From contig NC_086108.1 in NCBI RefSeq assembly GCF_963921235.1, positions 41,604,001 through 41,668,000 on the forward strand: a stretch of DNA of 64,000 nucleotides, in the 5' to 3' direction. The translations under genes were made by a program, and so were the position numbers. The notes beneath the pieces were generated by a model. That model did not search any database. It was not told where the DNA came from and was given only the letters and a program-made list of their open reading frames with translations. This stretch comes from Mobula hypostoma. Its lineage: Eukaryota. This document shows positions 1 through 13,344 of the stretch, in pieces (within the stretch, counting starts at the first letter, position 1; each line of letters opens with the position of its first letter).

Positions 1-120
1 AAATAACGAATAGAAAACTGTACCATTTGGGATGCAAGACTGAAAGTAATTGAGTCTTCATAGTTGTTCAATAAAAGAAAGCTTGAGAATGCCAGTTGTC
101 CACATATACTCTTTTTTTTG

Positions 121-425
121 GCATCCATTAGTCTTGCGAGACCATGGATCTGCGCCTGGAAAGTCTTCGCTCTCCAGGGCGCAGGCCTGGGCAAGGTTGT
201 ATGGAAGACCAGCAGTTGCCCATGCTGCAAGTCTCCCCTGTCTTCGACACCAATGTTGTCCAAGGGAATGGCAATAGGACCCATACAGCTTGGCACCAGT
301 GTTGTCACAGAGCAATGTGTGATTAAGTGCCTTGCTCAAGGACATAACACGTTCCCTCGGCTGGGGCTCGAACTCACGACCTTCAGGTAGCTAGTCCAAT
401 GCCTTAACCACTTGGCTACGTGCCC
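121..425 (-). mobile_element. tRNA-derived SINE with RTE-like 3' tail, full length
   Basis: Minus strand starts GGGCACGTAGCCAAGTGGTTAAGGC (A box) ... GAGTTCGAGCCC (B box); other copies at 21057-21311 and 46419-46703. Confidence 0.8.
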
Positions 426-426
426 A

Positions 427-1421
427 CACTCAGTCACCACCTTATTAGGTGCAAGAGGTATGTAATAAAGTAGCCAGATATTTTTGTATGTTCATGGTCT
501 TCTGCTGCTGTAGCCCATCCACTTCAATCTTCGACGTGTTGTGCATTCAAAGAAGCTCTTCTGTACACCACACGTAGTTATTTAAGTTGCTGTCACCTCT
601 CTGCCAGCTTGAATCAGTCTAGTCATTCTTTACTGGACTAGACTGTTTAATTGTTGTTTTCTTTGGAGCTTAACAGCTTACCTGCTAGTATTTTTTAATA
701 ACTACTTACAGGATATACATGTAACTGTTTAGTATGTTTCCTAGTGGTCACAGTATGTTTATGCAGTTGTTCAGTGTGTCCCCTAATGGTAAGCTGTGGA
801 AGCTTCCTTTGGTGTTACATTATTTGAATACGGACTATCAGATTGGATATCCCTTATCCGCAAATTTGCATGGAATGCTTCTCATCTATGGAGTATAAAA
901 AGAGCTCACCATGTGGCAGTTCCATCTTTCTTCTTTTTGTTTCTTTCTCCCTTCACTTACTAAATCACCACCACTGTCCGTTTTTAATTTTTTTTCTGTT
1001 AACGCTTAATAAAGTTATTATGAAGCAACAAGTTTTGTGCCTCATTCCTGACTTCTAAAATCATCGGAGTCTAACACCTCTGACTGCTCTCATTAACAAG
1101 GCATTTTTGCTGACAGAGTTGTTGCTCACTGGAATTTTTAAATGTATTTTGCACATTTCCTTGGAAATCTAGAGACTGTTGTGCACAGAACTCCCAGGAG
1201 ATCAGCTGTTTCTGAGATACTCAGATAACCCCATATAGCACCAACAATTATTCCATGATCCAAGTCACTTAGATTACATTTCTTCCCCATCCTGAAGTTT
1301 GGTCTGAATACCAGCTGAAATCCTCGACGATGTCTGCATGCTTTTATGCTTTAACTTGCTGCACATGATTGGCTGGTAAATATTAACAAGCAAGTGTACC
1401 TAATAAAGTGGCCACTGAGTG
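427..1421. mobile_element. Tc1/mariner-type non-autonomous element, apparently interrupted by unrelated sequence at about 636-1077
   Basis: Terminal inverted repeats CACTCAGTcaCCACcTTATTAGGTgCA (427-453) and TGTACCTAATAAAGTGGCCACTGAGTG (ends 1421), followed by TA. Confidence 0.75.
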
Positions 1422-3629
1422 TATTTTTGAGTGAGTAAGGTCCAGATTTCTATTACATGCAATAAGTGTTGTCCAATGTCCTTCCAAGTGGCCAAGCTCA
1501 AATTTTAAGATTATTCTCGCTTTCTTCCAAAGATGGATACGGGGAGACTTTCTGATGTTTCTGGTGAATATTCGTCTATTAGTAGAATGTGAATGTCAAG
1601 TACGCACTGAGTAATATAAAAAACTTGAGTTTATGATTGCTGAGACTGTGCAGAATAATATCATTTTGCTCCCCTAATCTTTTGATGCAGTCTGTGGGAG
1701 TAAAGTTTACCGGCACATTTTTATATATTTTGGAGTCAATTACTACAGCAACTTGGCAGCCTGTTGATCTGTTTCAGGCTATGATTTATTTCCTAAGCAG
1801 CTATTGCCAGTCATAGAGTCTTGTCAGCAGACTTAGGGGAGCAAAGGCAAGAAACATTTAGTGACTAAAGTTGTCATAACTGGGCCACAACAAGAATGGT
1901 ACCATTATTCACATAGTAATGATGAGTATGGCATTGGTGAGAATTGCACACATAAGCAATATTATTTGATCCCTGGGGAAAACAAAGCAAGAGCAAGTTA
2001 TAAATACTAAGTCCAAAGGAAGTGTGTACATGGGATTCTCATTCATGATCAGTGCATGTTAAATTAGATGTAATGGTATGCGAGGAGTGTTGATACCTGG
2101 ATAGACTGTAATCAAATCCATTAGCAATGTAATAAATAAATTAAGGGCTTCCTGAAATTATGATTGTTTTATAGACTAGTGCTTAAGATGATGTGTGTCT
2201 GGCAGCAGATGATTTGTGAACTTTGTGATCCCTTGGGTGATATGCTCTACTGAATTTTCCAGCAAGGGGCCTTGGAATAGGTAGTCGTTAACCAATTGTG
2301 CACCTACAGTGTAATACACCTAAACAGTTGTCAATCAATTTCTAACCAGTAAATTCTGAACAATGGCAGCAAGAGGGGTGCCCCATTTCCAAGAATGATT
2401 GAACATTTTACAGAATTTAAAAATGTAAAAGCAACAACCAGGAGACATAATTTTATTCTGAGCTACAGCTGCACTCAACAGGCATAGGCAATACCCTCAG
2501 TAAGACACAAACCACGGGGATGGGGTGGAGGGCTGGGAGGCAGCAGATGGATGATGCAAATATTTTGCCCTTGGTTAGACAATTGACAGTGTATTTCCCA
2601 GTATGACAATATCTATACTGAGTATGGCACATTTTCACCTGTAAGTAAGAAAAATGTAGACAGTATTAAACTTAAAAGAACACCATTTTCCTGTTATTGT
2701 TTTTGATAATTAATTTATTTTTCTTTGTAGGTAAAGATTTAATTTTTCAAATAGCTACAGATGAATTATTGATGAGTGAACAAAGCCTTCTTTTTAAATA
2801 TTTCAGATATTTAAGAATTGGATCATGTCTTAACAATTTTAAAATGTGCGCTGAATTTGGGGTCACAAATCTGAATTGATTTTTGTTTGCAGACACAAAC
2901 TTGTAGATAATAGCCTGCTTGAACGCTGATTGTCATTGTCAAACACAATTTATTGTTATATGTGAATAGAGTTAAAAAGCTTCAGTAATTAAACCAATTC
3001 ATGCATTATTTTATTGTTACAGTTTAGTAGAGAAAATATATTTTCTGTGAAATGCATGTAACAAATTTGTTTCACCTTTTGAAGCTGATGGACTAAAGAA
3101 CTTGGAGTGTTAGCTGGAGCACAGGTGAAACTGTTACACACTTGCCCATCTTTTTCCTGGGTAGATATGAAGTAGTAATAACTACTGGCCATGATAGTAA
3201 GCCCTGTCTCCTGAGAATGGATGTTTAAAAGTGCAATGATGCAGAAAACTCTGGGCACTATAATCATTTTCACCACACACCTTCCTGTGGAAGAACTGAG
3301 GAATTTTCCAGGCACATTTCTGGGCCTTTTGCTTTTTATGATTTGAAGGTAAATGTAAGGGCCACAATTAAGTCACTTACTATTGATACTAAAACTGCCC
3401 ACATGGTTGGTAGTGAGCTAGAAAAATCTAGGGTATAACTGTAGACTGGTTAGGTGGGCACAAGTTCATTCCAGAGAAGTTCACTCCGCATCTGGGAGCC
3501 AGAGGAATATGAAATAAATAAGAACATAAGAAAATAGGAGTGTGGCAAGCCATTCGACCCCTCAAACCAGCCTCTTCAATCAATAATCAATAATAGATCT
3601 GCCCCAACCCTTATCTCCTCTTCTGTGCC

Positions 3630-4200
3630 AAATAGAAGGAGAAATTATAGGGTACTGTGGAATACATGTCCATAAGTTCCTGAGGTCATGTTGTGGCCCA
3701 AAAGGTAGATAAGTAGTGAAGAAAGCATAGTAAAAACTTGTCTTAATTGGCCAAGGCAAGGAGTGTAGGTGCAGGAACATCATAGTAAAGATGTAAAAAA
3801 TATTAAGCAGTGCTGTGTACATTCCTGGCAACTGCACTACTCGGAAGTGTAACTGAACGGGAGAGAGTACAGAGGAGATTCGTGAGGGTTTTGCCAGTAC
3901 AGGAGGAGCAAAGTTTTGAACAGAGACTGGGGTAGTTTTGGAATAATGGAAATTGAGACATAGTTGTGGTGAATAAGATTATGAAAACCTTAGGCAGAGT
4001 GAATGTTGAGGACTTAGTGCCATTAGCAGAGAGCTTTATAATGAGGGTCATTTTAAATAATTGGTAAAAGAATGAGGTGAAGTTGAGGAAAATATAATAC
4101 TGCTCAACATTTCAGTGGAATTCTGAGCTTGATAGATGAAAGAATGTTGGACGCAGAAATTCTCACCATCTTTAAAAAGCAACTAGATGAGTGAGAACAG
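3630..4200 (+). mobile_element. Old, decayed CR1 LINE 3' fragment
   Basis: Degenerate similarity to the CR1 copy at 36397-37260 (gatAAgtagtgaagaaagc, gagagagtacagaggagattc, gcaactagatgag). Boundaries approximate. Confidence 0.55.
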
Positions 4201-6851
4201 TGGTGGTCGCAACCTGGAGAAAATGAAATTAACTGGAAGTACACACTGGCAGTTGGCCATAAATTTCTATGAACTGCAAGCTTAAAATATCTTTTAAACT
4301 ATTGCAATTCCCCTTGAATATGTCATGCTAATGCATCAAAGAGACAAGCATTTATGTTTTGCCTTTCAAATCTTCTGACTCTCGTTTCACCTAGCATTCA
4401 ATTCAGGAGTATGATATTTACAAATGTGTATCTGTGCCCCAAAATGTGGTGAGTATAGTTCCTCGTACAATGGTATGAATCCCGGTGAGTTTAGTTCCTC
4501 GTATTAGGTGATATCAATCCCGCAATGTAACTTGGATCTCCATATCAGTCCAAGCAAGTAGCAAATGCAGAGAAATATCTCTTTATATTCTGAACTTGGT
4601 CTCAGAACACAAGGAAGAAAGCCTTTATTCAGTGCATTACACAAGCTCAGGAAGTATCTTGTTCTGATGAATTGCTTTAGAAGCTTAATCACTGCAGTGA
4701 TGTAGGAAAGACTGCTAATTTGTGCACAGCAAGCTCCCACAAAAGTCTGCACGCAAGTGAAGGGAAAATCCTGTTTACGTGGTACAGTTGAGCGATACAT
4801 TTTGCCAGATGTACACCTTGACTTAGGATTGACCACAGTAATACACCTCCTGTCACAAAGGGAATATTACAATTTTCCCTTTTTATTAAGAAAAATGATA
4901 AATAGTCTTTAGTGGAATGTCACAGAGTGTACAAAGGAGGGTTACACAGTGCAGATAAGGGGAACACAGATGTCATTTTGCTTACATATTAAAGAGATTT
5001 TTCTTCTGCTCTGTTTACTAACTTCAATGATGGCTTTCATTTATCAGCAACAGTTTAAATGAACTAATGTAAGGAGGTGTGGGAAGAGCCATGCATGCAA
5101 CAATAATGCTCTTGTTCAGGATTTGACTCCTTCATATTTAATGACACCTCAGGCATTTGTTTTGGCTTGCAGACTCACTTGCTTAAGATAACCCCGAACT
5201 ATAGTAGAATTAATAATAGATGATCATGCAGATCTCTTGTCACATTGTTAGCAAATTACTTAATTAATAACTTTAACAAAGGCAGTGCGCGCCAAAGGAA
5301 ATAAAGTTAGAAATACTGACATTACTGAATGACGCAATGTATTCATTTTTAGATTGAAACAAAATCTCACTTTGATTATTGCATGTCTAACAAAATCCTC
5401 TTTGTGGAGCATTGAGTAAAGTCACTGTCATTTGACTTTTGGGAGCTGGCATCGAAGTGGAGAAAGAATGATAGGATGATAATTCTGTCAGAGAGTTTGA
5501 GCCGAATTCTATACCTCTGCTGATATGAACTGGAAGATCCTGATGGAAGTCATGGGGAGCAGCAGTTACAACCTCTTTTTTTTTTAATTTTATTTTTATT
5601 TGGATAAGGAGTTCACAATTATCATGTACTTTTTTCACACATATAACCTTTTCCATTTTTTTATATGTATAAAACTACAATTATTTATACATTCTTAAGT
5701 ACACATTGAGATGATATAAAAGCAAAATAAACATTTAAATAGATAATTATGTACTGTGGTAAATCTAACCTATTAGGCTAAGTAATGAAATTAGTTGTTA
5801 AGAAAAATGGTAATAATAGTTTCCATACAACCCTTCTGGACCATTTCCACTGGTCCAAAATGTTGCATACAAGCCTATATACCAACCATTGTAGGTGTTT
5901 ATATCCCAATTTGTTCGTGCTTGTTCCTGCCCGCAGACATAATTATCCAATCCCTATGTACTTATTTACTTAATTTTTTCATTTTTTTTTATCCCTTTCC
6001 CAAATCTTTCCCTTTACTTGTGTTAATTCTCTATTTTAGCAGTTACAATCTCATTGTGTTAATAAACACTTTCATTCTGCAGTTTGTTGGAGAGAAAAAG
6101 CATTAAAATTTTTAAGCATCTTTACACATTGAAAAAGATCTGATACTAATCATGCAAAATGAACAAGCATGAACAGAGGGGCACGTTGACTGATTTTAGG
6201 ACAATTTTGACTCCATTTATTCTAAGCTAACTCTTTACCCCTGCCTGCCCAAGGGCGTTCTTGAACTTTACCTCCTTCACAGTAATAAGGCTTTTGAAGA
6301 GGAGTAGAAAAGGGAACAATCACTTTCCAGGTCAGCCGAAGAAGAAGTAGATTAACATTTTGTTTTGTTCAATCATGTAGGTTGTGTTTTAAATCCAGAA
6401 ACTTCACTCAGTGACTAGGTAATGAACCAGGTTTTTCTGCTCTTTCAAAGAGAAATTTTGACTCATTCAGCACAACATTGAGTGCTGAAGAACTTGTTCC
6501 TGGACTGTATTGTTCAATGTTCTGTTTGATGTCTTTTACTACCAATTGGAATCAGAGTCATCCGTTAATTCCATCAATAATATTGGTGACTTCAAAGCAG
6601 GTTGATTACTAGTTGCTGATATTTCAAATAGATTATAGTTAATGTTGCAACAATGTGTGGCCTTATTCAAAACAAACTAACGGAAGTTGTAAAAATGAGT
6701 GAACGTTTGACTGAACTGAGAAAAGTTCTGGGTGAAACTACTGTGTTATTACCTCAAACAAGAGAAAATAAAAACAAAACATGAAAGGGGAACAAAAGAT
6801 AGTGGAAACATCATACAGAGGCAGGTAGCAACTACATTGGGGGGGGGGGGA

Positions 6852-7290
6852 ATTCCAGCCGACTTAGGAGGAAAGCAATCAGCATAACCGGAGACACCAC
6901 ACACCCCGGCCACTCCCTGTTTGACCCACTGCTGTCCAGCAAAAGGTTCAGGACACTAAAAGCCAGAACAAATAGACTGAGGAACAGCTTCTATCCCAGA
7001 GCTGTGGCCTCCCTCACACCACTCCCACAGAACAATGACTGGAACTGTGAGCACACACATGCATACACAAGGACTCAAATACTTGCACTAACGGCACTTT
7101 GTGCATTACTGTGATATTCTGGTGCTGCTGCAGTTTATTTTCTGTTACCTACCTATTTAATACTGTTTTTCTATTACTGTCTTGTTTTTATCGACTGCTT
7201 TATTTAATTGCCTGAGAGTAAGCCAAACAGAGTTTCATTGTACCTATGTATAATGACAATAAAGATCATTCAATTCAATTCTATTCAATC
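6852..7290 (+). mobile_element. Rex1/Babar-like LINE 3' end
   Basis: Encodes ...HPGHSLFDPLLSSKRFRTLKARTNRLRNSFYPRAV; ends ATGACAATAAAG plus (ATTCA)n tail. Confidence 0.7.
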
Positions 7291-7504
7291 AAAAAGCAGA
7301 TTTAATACTTTATGCTTAAACTTTAAAATCTTTTGAGTTTTTTGTTTGGTGAGGTGCTGTACGAGTGGGTAGAAAGAGCTAAGGAGATATTTGGTGCAGT
7401 CCATGAGGGATAAGATTTGGTGAAGGGAAATGATACACAGGACCAAATGATAATGTCTCATTCTGTGTGAACAAATTTTAAAGTAGAACAGCATTCTCCA
7501 AAAT

Positions 7505-7625
7505 GCACAAAGACTGTGTTATTTGGCCACAGGGTAGAAACAACCCAGATGGAAAGCGTGCAAGGGGCCAGCCGGATTCAAACCCAGGACCTCTCACCTC
7601 AAAGTCTGGTGCGGCTGTAGGATAT
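7505..7625 (-). mobile_element. Short tRNA-derived SINE fragment related to the 38921-39236 element
   Basis: Minus strand has B-box-like GGTTTGAATCC followed by ACGCTTTCCATC, shared with 38921-39236. Confidence 0.5.
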
Positions 7626-7749
7626 TGGACTTCATTATATGGGATGTTGAATACAGGAAGGCTTTGCTCCAATTTTCCAAAACTTTGGTCAGACTTCATC
7701 TGGAATACTTTGTGCTGTTTTGGTCTGCAGGGTATAGAAAGAATAGAGA

Positions 7750-8015
7750 GCACCATAGTAGTATAGCAGTTAGCGTGATGCTATTACAGCTTGGGACGTT
7801 CCGTAGTTTGGACTTCAAGAAGTTTGTGTATAAACCATGTGGGTTTCCACCAGGTGCTCTGTTTCCTCCCACAGTCCAAAGACGTACCGGTTGGTAGGTT
7901 AAATGATCACAGTAAATGGTCCTGTGATTACGCTAGTATTAAATAGGTGGATTGCGGGAGGTGCAGTCCATTGGGTCAAAACGGCCTGCCCCTCACAGAA
8001 TCTCCAAATAAGTAA
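7750..8015 (+). mobile_element. HE1/V-SINE-like tRNA-derived SINE nested in an old CR1 fragment (about 7625-8300)
   Basis: tRNA-like head (gtatagcagttagc) and V-SINE core GGGTTTCC...GGTGCTCTGTTTCCTCCCACAGTCCAAAGACGTAC. Confidence 0.7.
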
Positions 8016-9096
8016 ATAGAGCACTTTAGTTATGAGGAGACATGGAAGAAACATGGTCTGTTCTCATTGGAGCAGACGAGGTTACAAGGTGCATAAAGAT
8101 AGAGCAGTCTGCAAATAACCCATATCAGGCATAGATAAAACTAGAGGACATAGATTTGAGGTAAGTGGAAAGAGGTTTCAAGGGGACATAAGGCAGAGCT
8201 TCTTCACCCAGAGAGTATTCAGTACCTGGAATGCATTGCCTGAGAGAAGGGTAGAAAATGAGATGCATTGAAGAATTGTCTAGCTGAGCTCTTGAATCAC
8301 CTTGGTGTGGAAAGCTATCGACCAGGTGCTGCACGGCGGAAGGGCCGAGTGGCAATGGTCTACGATTCCATGGCACGCCTACTGAAACTGAGAAGTGCAA
8401 CAGCTGCCGTAAAGAAGAATGCTATAGGATAGCTCACTGACTAGGGAGGTGGCAGCAAGCTTCCTGGACAGCATTAGAAAACCTGGTGCATGATGTCCAA
8501 GGGAGGAAGATGACCTCCCACGATAGAATAGCATAAAAATTGCAGTGTGTACATCAAGTCCACCAGAGAATTTCCAGCGTCATTGCTGCTTGTTTTAGTG
8601 AACACTTAGTAAGAATTGTATCAGAGAATATCCTTTATTTAGGTGACCCTGGTGAAAGATGCAGCAGCAAGAGCATGAAATAACAAGTATCTCCAGAAGT
8701 GGGGATTAGAATCAGCAGCAACAGTATTTGAAGAGGGTGCTCAGTGGGGGACAACCACTAAGATGTAGGTCTCTTCAGTGATCACTACCAAGCTAAGCAG
8801 CTCATTCAGAGCAGTACTTTTAACTCCTCTAATCCTGTGTCAAAAGTGAGTTACATCACATTTCAGCTGGAGATTCCTTGGCCAGCCAGGAGAATCTTTA
8901 CCTTGTTAAAAAAATCAGTAAAATTGCCTCCTTCTGTGTCCTCCTCCACCCAACCCTGAACTTCGACAATGACATGGAATCACTTTGACTCATTTTGAAA
9001 GTGATGGGTGGGAAAATTAGTTAGAAGGGACTAAGTGGAAACTCCACAATACCTTCTTAAATGTATAGGTGGTTATAGTGATGGGGAAATTAGCAT

Positions 9097-9497
9097 ATAA
9101 CCATATAACAATTACAACATGGAAACAGGCCATCTCGGCCCTTCTAGTCTGTGCCAAAATCTTACTCTCACCTAGTCCCACCGACCTGCACTCAGCCCAT
9201 AATCCTCCATTCCTTTTCTGTCCATATATCTATCCAATTTAACTTTAAACGACAACATCGAACCTGCCTCAACCACTTCTGCTGGAAGCTTGTTCCACAC
9301 AGCTACCACTCTCTGAGTAAAGGAGTTCCCCCTCATGTTACCCCTAAACTTTTGTCCTTTCACTCTCAACTCATGTCTTCTTGTTCGAATCTCCCCCACT
9401 CTCAATGGAAAAAGCCTATCCATGTCAACTCTGTCAATCCCCCTCATAATTTTAAATACCTCTATCAAGTCCCCCCCCAACCTTCTATGTTCCAAAG
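9097..9497 (-). mobile_element. Young CR1 LINE 3' end
   Basis: ORF 9172-9675(-) contains RRLGGDLIEVFKIMRG...FTQRVVAVWNKLP...FKVKLD (CR1 ORF2 C-terminus); tail repeat (ATGGTT-like); very similar to 36860-37260. Confidence 0.9.
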
Positions 9498-10063
9498 GTT
9501 CAATGATGAGTGATATTAATAGTGATACGTGCATTTGGTACGAGAAATGACAATGAGAGTGATGTAGAATGGGGTAATTTAGCATGTCAAGCAATGCACC
9601 ATAATAGGGTGGATTATTGGGGAAGTGGCCCACCTCCTGACGGATTTTTCCAAGAGGGGATGGAGCCTTAAACACCTCTGCCCCAATGGCACCTGTGGTA
9701 ATGGAAAGAGTTCAGGAGACAGCAGAGCCAGGAGGATTGGTTGTGACACAGTATTATACCCTTTTTGACAGCTGTACATGACCCAGTTGAGTTCAGAAAT
9801 CATCATAAGTTGTTATTAATTATTATCTGTGATTTCTGCAAAGCAATGTTTGCTCTACTTAGAGCTTAGAAAGTGATGTTGAAAGTGAAGTCAAACTGTC
9901 ACTATGCCAGATGACCAGTTGAGTTCGAATTTTTGACTTCACTTTATCAGTACTTAATTATTGCGGAATAGAGCAATATGATTTTTATTTTCTCTCTCCC
10001 TTCTCCTTAACACAATGATCAATTCTATGTTTTTTCACTTATTAAGCATAATTAGAATATTTT

Positions 10064-13000
10064 TAAGACCATAAGACCATGAGATATAGAAGTAGAATCA
10101 GGCCATTTGGCCCATCGAGTCTCCTCTGCCATTTCATCATGGCTGATCCAATTTTCCTTTCAGCCCCAATATCCTGCTTTCTCCCCTTATCCCTTCATGC
10201 CCTGACCAATCAAGGATCTATCAACCTTTCCTTAAATATACATAAAGACTAGACCCCTACAGCTGCCTGTGGCAATGAATTCCACAGACTCTCCGCACTC
10301 TGGCTGAAGAAATGTCTCCTCATCTCCATTGTAAAAGGACACCCCTCTATTCTGAGGCTGTGTCCTCTGGTCTTGGACTCTCCCACCATAAGAAACATCC
10401 TCTCCACACCCACTTTTTCAAGACCCTTCACCATTCAATAGGTTTCAATTCTCATTCTTCTGAATTCTATTGTATACAGGCCCAAAGCCACCGAACACTC
10501 TTCAAGCCGTTCAACCCTGGAATTCTTTTTGTGAACCTCATTTGAATCCTCTCCAATTTCACACATCCTTTCTAAGATAAGGGGCCCAACCTACTCATAA
10601 TACTCCAAGTGAGGCCTCGCCAGTGCTTTATAAGGTCTCAACATTACATCCAATTTGTCTTCCTCACCACAGACTCAACCTGAAAATTAACCTTTAGGAA
10701 ATCCTGCACAAGGATGCCTAAATCCCTTTTCAACTCAGTTTTTGTATTTTCTCTCCATTTAGACAATAGTCTACCTTTTGAAAAAGGATCTAGTGCTCTC
10801 CCGGTGTATTTGACGAATAAACTCTTCTCGGGCTTCCAGCTAGGTACTGATATTGATTTTAACCAATGTTTCAATAACAAACTCTGCCATCTTCATCCGA
10901 GATTATGCCTGGGCATGTCTAGTCTGGTGTATTTATACCCCCGTCATCTGTCTCTCCTGACTGGTTAGTCCTCATCCAATCAGGTTTCTGCTGTTCCACC
11001 AATTTACAATCGAATTCCAGTTCTTACTTAGAGAGAAACCTCTGTCTTTGTTAAAATTCATTTCCTCTACTTTTATTGCAATGGCTCCCTTTACCAGGTG
11101 GTCCCAAAAGCCATTTGCAAGGCACAGTAGTTTTGTGTCATCGAAGCTAATCCTATGGCCATTGCGAATGCAGTGTTCTGCTACCGCTGATTTTTCCAGA
11201 TAACCCAAACGGTTCCTTGATGCAGGCTTCCACCATGTGTCCTATCTGGCCAATATGCTCTGTCCCGTATTCACAGCGAATCCTGTAAACATCAGCCGTG
11301 CTGAGTCCCAGATCATCTTTGATCTGCATAAGCTATGATTTGAGCTTCCTTATGGATTTATGGATGATATTAATCCAGTGTTTCTTCAGGGTAATGGCGA
11401 TCCTTGCAGAAACCTTGCAAATATAGGGAAGACAGGTGGTAGTGATGAGTTCCTCCTCATTGTCAGAGTTCCTGGTTTTTCATTCAGCCCTGTTAAGGGC
11501 CCAATTGATTTCCTTCACCTTGTAGCCATTTTGTAGGAATGTCATGTGTAATTATCTTATTTCCCTTTGGGTTCAAAATAGTTCTCGCACAGTTAATCAA
11601 AGTAGGATTGGGAGGCTTGATGGTGCCTGTTATTGTTGAGGTATAAGTGCATGTAAGTGGTTTTCCGATAGATGCCATGTCTGAGGCTACCATCCAGTTT
11701 CCATCGTATTAGAATGTCCAGGAATGGGAAGCAACCATTCTTCTCCATTTCCATCATAAATTGAATGTTTGGTTGCTGTTCAGATGTTTGTGGAACTGTT
11801 GGAGTGCCTGGAGTCCATGAGGCCACACTACGAAGGTGTCATCAATGTATCTGAAGAAGCATTTGGGACGTAAGAGCGATGAACTCATAGCCCTCTCCTC
11901 AAAGTCCTCCATCTATATTTCCACAGTTTCTGCAAGGATCGCCAGGATGCTGAAGAAATACCGGATTAATACCATCCACAAACCCATTAGGAAGCTCAAG
12001 TCACAGTTAATGTGGGTCAAAGATGACCTGGGGCTCAGGATGGCAGGCATTTACAGGATTCCCTGTGAATGCAAAACAGCAAATATCAGCCAGACGGGAT
12101 GCACAGTGGAAACCCGCATCAGGAGCGCAGAAGAAGATCCTTTTGGGTTTCCGGAGAAATTGGTGGTCGCAGAACATTGCATTTGCAATGGCCATAGGAT
12201 TGACTTCGATGGCATAAAACTACTGTGCCACACCAATGACTTTTGGGACTGCCTGGTGAAGGACGCCATTGAAATAAAAATAGAGAAAAAGAATTTTAAC
12301 AAAGGTGCAGGTCTCTCTCTAAGTAAGAGCTGGAATTTGATTTCCAGCTTGTAAATTTACGTTTGTAAATAAGGTGGGAAAGCAGAAACCTGATTGGATG
12401 AGGACTAACCAATTAGGAGGGATGGATGATCGGGGTATAAATACCATCGGACTAGGCATGCCCAGGCATCATCGCTAATGAATATGGAAAAGTTTGTCAT
12501 TGAAATCTCAGTTAAAATCGATACCTGTACCCAGCTGGAACTGATAAGAGTTTATTTGTCTACCCTTTCATTTCTTCTAACCAAGTACATGACCATACAC
12601 TTCCTGACACTGTATTCCATCAATCACTTCTTTGTCCATTCTCCTAATCGGTCTAAATTCTTCTGTAGCTTCTCTACTTTCTCAAAACTACCTGCCCCTC
12701 CACCTATCTTTGTATCATTTGCAAACTTTACAACAAAGCCATCAAATCTACCATCCAAGTCATTGACATATACCATAAAAAGAATTGGTCCCAACACAGA
12801 CCCTGTGGAACACCATTAGTCACCGGAAGCCAACCATTCCTTGCCTCCTGCCAATCAGCCATAATTTTATCCATACTGATATCTTTCCTGTAATTCCATG
12901 GGCTCAAAAATTGTTAAGCAGCCTCTCGTGTTGCACCTTGTCAAAGGCCTTCTGAAAATTCAAATACACAACATCAACCAATTCTCCTTTGTCTATCCTG

Positions 13001-13344
13001 TTTGTTATTTCTTCAAAAAATCTCAACAGATTGTCAGGTAAGATTTTCCCTTGATCAAACCACGCTGACTTTGGCCTACTTTATCTTGTGCCTCCAAGCA
13101 CCCTGAGACTTCATCCTTAATAATCAACTCCAACATCTTCCCAACTACTGAGGTCAGAGTAACTAGCTTTCTTTCTTTTGCCTCCCTCCCTTCTGGAAGA
13201 GTGGATGTGACACATGCCATTTTCTAGTCTTCTAGAACCATTACAGAATCTAGTGATTCTTGAAAGATCATTTTTAATGCCTCCACAATCTCTTCAACCA
13301 CCTCTTTTAGAACCCAGGGGTGTAGTCCGTCTGGTCCAGGTGAC
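10064..13344 (-). mobile_element. CR1 LINE 3' portion split by a Penelope-like insertion (10780-12557)
   Basis: CR1 ORF2 motifs on the minus strand (LTSVVGKMLE, KFANDTK, RDLGILV, TRGHSL...FFSQ...WNSLP) and (ATGGTCTT)n tail; CR1 sequence resumes at 12558. Confidence 0.85.
10780..12557. mobile_element. Penelope-like retroelement (family B), inverted: minus-strand RT + GIY-YIG arm (to 11912) joined to a plus-strand GIY-YIG arm (11913-12557)
   Basis: Minus strand reads MEDFEERAMSSSLLRPKCFFRYIDDTF, FPFLDILI, YRKTT...YL, KSAVAEHC...AIAIK...NFNKDRG; plus arm reads GIYRIPCEC...ISQTG...AEHC...AIEIK...NFNK. Flanked by GTCTACCTTTT (10769-10779) and GTCTACCCTTT (12558-12568). Confidence 0.88.

Noticed and set aside
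340..425. tRNA gene (also near 46419 and 39160-39236)
   Set aside because: A and B boxes continue into shared SINE bodies in several diverged copies; these are SINE heads.
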